From an uncultured virus (IMG/VR IMGVR_UViG_3300036769_000405) (taxonomy: Duplodnaviria > Heunggongvirae > Uroviricota > Caudoviricetes), in the IMG/VR virus record IMGVR_UViG_3300036769_000405: a DNA stretch of 60,686 nucleotides. The stretch is one strand, 5' to 3'. The number at the start of each line of letters is the position of its first letter. The first letter of the stretch is position 1. The notes under the pieces were generated by a model. It was given only the letters and a program-made list of their open reading frames with translations, was not told the DNA's origin and ran no database searches. Shown piece after piece: positions 56,266-60,686 of the stretch. The position numbers were made by a program, and so were the translations under genes.

Positions 56266-59031
56266 ATGGAGATTAAGAAAAGACTTATCACACAAGGGGC
56301 TAGTGAGGTCAACGCTGTATTGTTGAATGATGAGGGTGAGGAATATCCAGTATTCCTCGAATCCTTGCACAATACAATTATCTTTCCTACACTGATGGAA
56401 AGTGGTTACGTTCTTGAAAGTTTGCCTTATGGCCTTATTAAGAATGGTGTATCTTTTGATCAGTTACCAATTGAGAATTACACAGTAACTCCTGTTGAAG
56501 AGGAGTTGATGTACAACTCTATTGGAGTTAAGCTTGATTATGATGAGTTGAAGAAACACATCATTGTCACGGCAGCAAAGGGTATGGATACCCCACCTAC
56601 CAATTACACAATCTTCACTAGAGAAGATTTATTAAAGTATCTTGATGCGACAGCTTCTGCTACATTGGAAGAAGATTACATGCCACTGAACTATTTTGTG
56701 GCACCGGAAGCTCGGTTTTCTATCAAAGAGTATAAGAGTCCTGAGAACTTTAAGTATATCAACCTGATTAGTAACAGACGTGAGATGTCTTTATCAAAGT
56801 TTAATAAACTTATTAATACTTTGCTTCAGATCAATCTGCCTGCTAACTATACGCCAATGGATGTTCTCGACGCTTACTTTGCTTGGGGTATGGATGGTCT
56901 TAATATGCCTATCATCAGCAGACGACGCGAGTCAAGACCATTCAGGTTAAACACAAATAGAAACATCAATGCACCTATGGTCAATAAGACTTATGGTTTT
57001 GTTGATGGAGCAGGTAACCTGTTGACGCCTAAGAATCAAAGAGATGTTCCTTGGAGATTGAGTAACAAGGATCCTAAGTTTGTTGAAGCGCTCATTGCTG
57101 GGATGCAGATGAATGATACCAGATTGGTTGAATTTAGTGCACCGGCAAAGCAGGAAGTAACAATTCTGGAGGGTGTTGAATTCAATATTCAGTACACAGA
57201 TGAAGTTCTTGTTATGCAACTTCAGACTTATCCATCTATCCGTGTAACATCTCCAATAAGTATTAACGAAGTTCTTGATCTCCGAAATGCTTTGCCTAAC
57301 AACAAGGAAGCTTTGTATGAGCACTGTACGATTGATGCACTTGCTCACATGCTCTATGATTACAGAAAATCTACAGTCAAAGTTTCTTCCTATGATGCAT
57401 TAAAGATTGCAGGTTGTAATCCATCTACGGTTCTCAATTATATCGTTACAAAATATGATATGTCAAAAGAGAATCGGATGACAACGGAAGATGCGGCACC
57501 ACAGATTTTTGATTTTGATATCGAGAATTACCTTGCAGGTAACTTTGTATCAGACGATGTTAAGATGTTCCTTGATGATGTAGTATCAGGTGTATTCAAC
57601 ATTGATGAGATCGAGAAAGGTAAACAGGCAGAAGCTTCTGTAAACACTACATCAGTGTATCGTGAAATCTATGCGATACATAATGTCATGGGAATCAGTT
57701 TGCAGGATATCTACGACAAGTTTCGAATGGTCGACAATACTACAAGAGTTATTACGTTCAGCAATGGTGAACTCCAGCATACGATGGATGTCTCACCGCT
57801 TATCTATAGTCTTACTGGTTACAAGCGTGACCTTATGCACTACGACCTGGAGAATGCAAAGAACTGTACGTTTTTTACGTATGTAACTCTTGTTGCTAGA
57901 GAGGTTGGAGATGAGCGTGCACGAAGACACGTAGGTATGGAATTTTACATGGTTAATAAGAAGTATGCAGCCGTTAAAGAAATTCTATCTGACTTATCTA
58001 AACGTTATGAAGATAAGGTCACAAATATGATCCCGGATATCACAAAGCAGGCTTCTCAGTTACGGTTGGTTGATATGTTTACACTCAGCCGCTATTTTGA
58101 AATTGCTTTGAATGGTACAATTACGTGGCCGAATATCCTTGGTGGAACAGTTGAACCTGCAATGCCAAGTACTATCGAAACTGCAAGAAAGTATCTTGAA
58201 AGAAAGATCGAAAATATTACATCTTACTGTTCATTTACAGCCAACACGTCCAGTGTTAGAGATCTGACTTTCAATGCATACTGTACAAATGCATACATTA
58301 CTCCTGAGTATGTTATTCCAAGAAGCAATGCTCCTATCAGAGAAATTCCATTCTACGCTGCCTGGTTCGATTGGCAACATCAATCACCAGCTGTTTGGGA
58401 GCAGTTAGTAAACGCTAACGTTATCTCAGTAGATTTCCAATCTTGGGATTCGCGCTATGCTCATGAGCAGTTTGTTCAAAGAGATATCTTCAGTCTCGAC
58501 TCTAAGGACTCTTTATTGTATTATTACACGAATGCTCAGGAAGAGGTGCACAACTACCCAAGTGATAAGGATTTTATTGCAGTAACACATCCTGTGGATT
58601 ATATGTTTCCGGGATTAAATGTTGACAAAGATCCATTTGAAAATGTGGAAACATTACCTATCCATCGACAGGGTGACCCTATTGTTAGACTTGGAATAAC
58701 TCACAACATTACAAAGAAAGATTATGCTGACAAGCTGCTTCCATCGGAATCCATTGAACAGAAAGAATCTTATATTAGACAGTTTAAGGGATTCAGTGCT
58801 GAAACATTAATCCTTGTTCCTAATGTGTTTGAAAAGATTCCGGATCAGAAAGCAAATACATTAACTGTTATGGCAAAGTCTGAAACAGTTTATGTTCCTG
58901 AAACAAATGACGTTATGAACTTCAGACGCATCACAGAATTGGATCAGAGCATGTATGCTATATCACATATCTGTGATAGGACTTACATTCTTCGTGCGGC
59001 TGACGGTAAGCTTTGGGAGGTACGTATTTAA
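56266..59031 (+). CDS. Large hypothetical protein (921 aa)
   Basis: AAAGGAG RBS; coupled to the second PolA by a TAATG overlap. Confidence 0.8.
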   Translation: MEIKKRLITQGASEVNAVLLNDEGEEYPVFLESLHNTIIFPTLMESGYVLESLPYGLIKNGVSFDQLPIENYTVTPVEEELMYNSIGVKLDYDELKKHIIVTAAKGMDTPPTNYTIFTREDLLKYLDATASATLEEDYMPLNYFVAPEARFSIKEYKSPENFKYINLISNRREMSLSKFNKLINTLLQINLPANYTPMDVLDAYFAWGMDGLNMPIISRRRESRPFRLNTNRNINAPMVNKTYGFVDGAGNLLTPKNQRDVPWRLSNKDPKFVEALIAGMQMNDTRLVEFSAPAKQEVTILEGVEFNIQYTDEVLVMQLQTYPSIRVTSPISINEVLDLRNALPNNKEALYEHCTIDALAHMLYDYRKSTVKVSSYDALKIAGCNPSTVLNYIVTKYDMSKENRMTTEDAAPQIFDFDIENYLAGNFVSDDVKMFLDDVVSGVFNIDEIEKGKQAEASVNTTSVYREIYAIHNVMGISLQDIYDKFRMVDNTTRVITFSNGELQHTMDVSPLIYSLTGYKRDLMHYDLENAKNCTFFTYVTLVAREVGDERARRHVGMEFYMVNKKYAAVKEILSDLSKRYEDKVTNMIPDITKQASQLRLVDMFTLSRYFEIALNGTITWPNILGGTVEPAMPSTIETARKYLERKIENITSYCSFTANTSSVRDLTFNAYCTNAYITPEYVIPRSNAPIREIPFYAAWFDWQHQSPAVWEQLVNANVISVDFQSWDSRYAHEQFVQRDIFSLDSKDSLLYYYTNAQEEVHNYPSDKDFIAVTHPVDYMFPGLNVDKDPFENVETLPIHRQGDPIVRLGITHNITKKDYADKLLPSESIEQKESYIRQFKGFSAETLILVPNVFEKIPDQKANTLTVMAKSETVYVPETNDVMNFRRITELDQSMYAISHICDRTYILRAADGKLWEVRI

Positions 59032-60362
59032 TGGCTATTGATATTAACCGTTTTGAATTACCTATCACACCAGCTGAGGCTCGTGATTACATTCAGAGAA
59101 ATACCGATAACTTCGGTATTTTCTTTGATGTTGATCGTTGCTGTGAATTATCCGCAATTCTACAGTTGGATATGCTTGATACAATCAGGAAGTTGCGTAG
59201 GCTTAGTTCAAACCCTATGTTGAGCCTGGATAATAAAGATTCTGTTATTGATACACTCATTAAAATGGGTGTCAGTAAGACAGAATTTTTTGACAGCAAA
59301 TCGCGAAACATTATTTTTACAGAAGCAATCCGAAAGTCTATTTTAGAAAACGGGAAGTACAGTGAAGATGTTCACGAATTTGTTAAAGGATTTAGTGTGT
59401 ACGCTTCGGCTAAAAGAAATAAAGGTAATATTGAGAATTTTGCATTCCGTCAGCCTCAGTCTATAGCTTTATCAAAACTGAATCACCGTATGTCCCTTGG
59501 TCGACCAAATTGGAAGTTGTTGAATACCAGTAGGATTGCAGCTGAGAATCCTGGCATTCAAGGTATCCCAAGAACTATGGGTGATATTGTGTGTGAGCCA
59601 AAAGGTTATACTCTTATACGCTGCGATTCTGGGCAGATTGAACCACGTATCAACTTCTCTTACTTCATTAGAGATGAATTGATTATGGATTTGATCAACT
59701 TCTACGATGATGCTTATTTTGGGCTTTTGATATATTGTCTAATGACACCGGAAGAAGAAGAAGCTTGCCGAGTTAATTTTGAAGCAAACTTCAAAGAAGT
59801 TGAAATCACTGACGAAGTAAAAGATAAACGTCAGATGTTAAAGAAGCTTACAAATGCAGGGTCTTACGGTTCTAGTAATTTGTCTGGAATTGATCCAGCA
59901 CTTTCTAGTAGTTATGAGAAAAAGATCATCAATCATCCTGCAAGGTTGGCTTTGGAGGCCAGAGTTCGTGAAGCAGTAAATCATGGTGAAGAAACTTTCT
60001 ATGGATTCTTTGGAACTCCTGTAACCCCGGATGCTACTGAAAAATATTCAAAGGGTGATAAAGGTTGGACAGAACATGTTATCCGTTGTGGGATTAACAA
60101 TCCCGTACAAACAACAGCTTCAGAACTTATGATGTTTTCCGTGAACAAAGCACGTGAGATTTTAAGTCGTGCTAAGGATTCTCATATTTGTTTTTATAAG
60201 CACGATGAAGCCTGCTTCTATGTTTCAGACGAAGATATGGCTAATGGCATTGGAGATGAATTACAGGAAATCACTGCTTACAATGTTAAAGGCTGGCTAC
60301 CTATTCATTCAGATCCACTTGTTGGTATTAAACCAAGCGGTTATCCTTCTTACATTTTGTAA
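59031..60362 (+). CDS. Second family A DNA polymerase, polymerase domain only
   Basis: TSRIAAENPGIQGIPR, motif A CDSGQIEPR, motif B RQMLKKLTNAGSYG, NNPVQTTASE and motif C KHDE. No exonuclease motifs. Confidence 0.85.
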   Translation: MAIDINRFELPITPAEARDYIQRNTDNFGIFFDVDRCCELSAILQLDMLDTIRKLRRLSSNPMLSLDNKDSVIDTLIKMGVSKTEFFDSKSRNIIFTEAIRKSILENGKYSEDVHEFVKGFSVYASAKRNKGNIENFAFRQPQSIALSKLNHRMSLGRPNWKLLNTSRIAAENPGIQGIPRTMGDIVCEPKGYTLIRCDSGQIEPRINFSYFIRDELIMDLINFYDDAYFGLLIYCLMTPEEEEACRVNFEANFKEVEITDEVKDKRQMLKKLTNAGSYGSSNLSGIDPALSSSYEKKIINHPARLALEARVREAVNHGEETFYGFFGTPVTPDATEKYSKGDKGWTEHVIRCGINNPVQTTASELMMFSVNKAREILSRAKDSHICFYKHDEACFYVSDEDMANGIGDELQEITAYNVKGWLPIHSDPLVGIKPSGYPSYIL

Positions 60363-60373
60363 TTCTTCCTAAG

Positions 60374-60436
60374 ATAGGGGTTGTTAACAACCCCTATAGT
60401 ATTAAACTTATAATGAATGCTTCATTCATTATAAGT
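60374..60436. repeat. Two adjacent perfect inverted repeats
   Basis: ATAGGGGTTGTTAACAACCCCTAT (60374-60397) and ACTTATAATGAATG-CTT-CATTCATTATAAGT (60406-60436). Confidence 0.85.
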
Positions 60437-60610
60437 CTAACTGAAGAAACTAGAAATGCATTAAGTATGTTATAATTACGTACACACTATACAAAGAGAA
60501 TCTTTGTGTTATTTATGTTGTACCTAAATGCGGTGTTCCAGATAACATTTTATGTTTTTGTATTTAAAAATTTACATTTGTTACAAATTGCAATTTTTAC
60601 AATCAGCATT

Positions 60611-60686
60611 AACAGTTACTACATTAGGTACATAACTGTTGTAATTAAAGAGTAACTGTTGTAATTAAAAGTCTAGTAATTAAAAG
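60611..60686. repeat. AT-rich direct repeats (iteron-like)
   Basis: TAACTGTTGTAATTAAA at 60633 and 60653 (20-bp period), partial GTAATTAAAAG at 60676 and an inverted core AACAGTTA at 60611. Confidence 0.75.

Larger units (their letters stand above)
1..60686 (+). mobile_element. Segment of a large extrachromosomal element (megaplasmid / jumbo phage-like) of a probable Firmicutes host
   Basis: Uniform + strand coding, mostly unrecognisable ORFs, and its own divergent RNAP, two PolA, ligase and Hsp70. The rpoBC-like genes lack the usual ribosomal-protein neighbours. Strong GGAGG RBSs. Confidence 0.75.

Noticed and set aside
4042..59311. Minus-strand ORFs and short alternative-frame + ORFs in the track (e.g. 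36164..36688, 54526..54915, 56947..57348, 16501..16956)
   Set aside because: They lie within or across longer + strand genes that have RBSs or recognisable motifs, and show no motifs of their own; treated as shadow ORFs.
1..60686. Confident call as a tailed jumbo phage
   Set aside because: No terminase, portal, capsid or tail genes are recognisable in the window, and pilin-like and T7SS-like genes point equally to a plasmid-like element. Left unresolved.
60633..60686. CRISPR array
   Set aside because: The 17-bp repeats are separated by only 3 nt, there are no spacer-length unique sequences, and no cas genes are seen.
1..60686. Stop-codon reassignment, introns or inteins in RNAP and polymerase genes
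   Set aside because: The standard code gives long, tightly packed ORFs using all three stop codons, and core motifs are colinear without intein-like or homing-endonuclease insertions.
1..60686. tRNA or rRNA genes
   Set aside because: Intergenic gaps are short and none showed a cloverleaf with a T-loop motif by eye; tRNAscan-SE would be needed to exclude them fully.

Overview
This is a low-GC, gene-dense window with essentially every credible gene on the + strand, strong Firmicutes-type Shine-Dalgarno sites (GGAGG/AAGGAG) and many overlapping start/stop junctions. I saw no rRNA, tRNA, CRISPR array, ribosomal-protein genes or recognisable virion genes. It reads as part of a large extrachromosomal element (megaplasmid, jumbo phage or plasmid-phage) of a Clostridia-like host. 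Modules from left to right: (1) pilin/Tad-like membrane proteins and a 2,899-aa secreted protein; (2) a very divergent but bacterial-type multisubunit RNA polymerase, with unsplit beta and beta' and a probable alpha-NTD-only subunit between them; (3) cell-wall and membrane proteins, the N-terminal half of an NAD-dependent ligase, a phosphoesterase, a multi-HTH protein and a truncated Hsp70; (4) replication genes: family A polymerase, the C-terminal half of the ligase about 14 kb away, HolA-like and YhaM-like proteins and a nucleotidyltransferase; (5) an EssC/FtsK-like ATPase with two WXG100-like proteins; (6) two sigma4-like/alpha-CTD fusion proteins, a second polymerase-domain-only PolA and an AT-rich repeat region. 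The best candidate for a new system is the element-encoded RNA polymerase. It has a split alpha subunit, remodelled sigma-binding surfaces, a trigger-loop His-to-Gln change and rifampicin-pocket substitutions. All family calls come from motif recognition by eye; no database searches were run.
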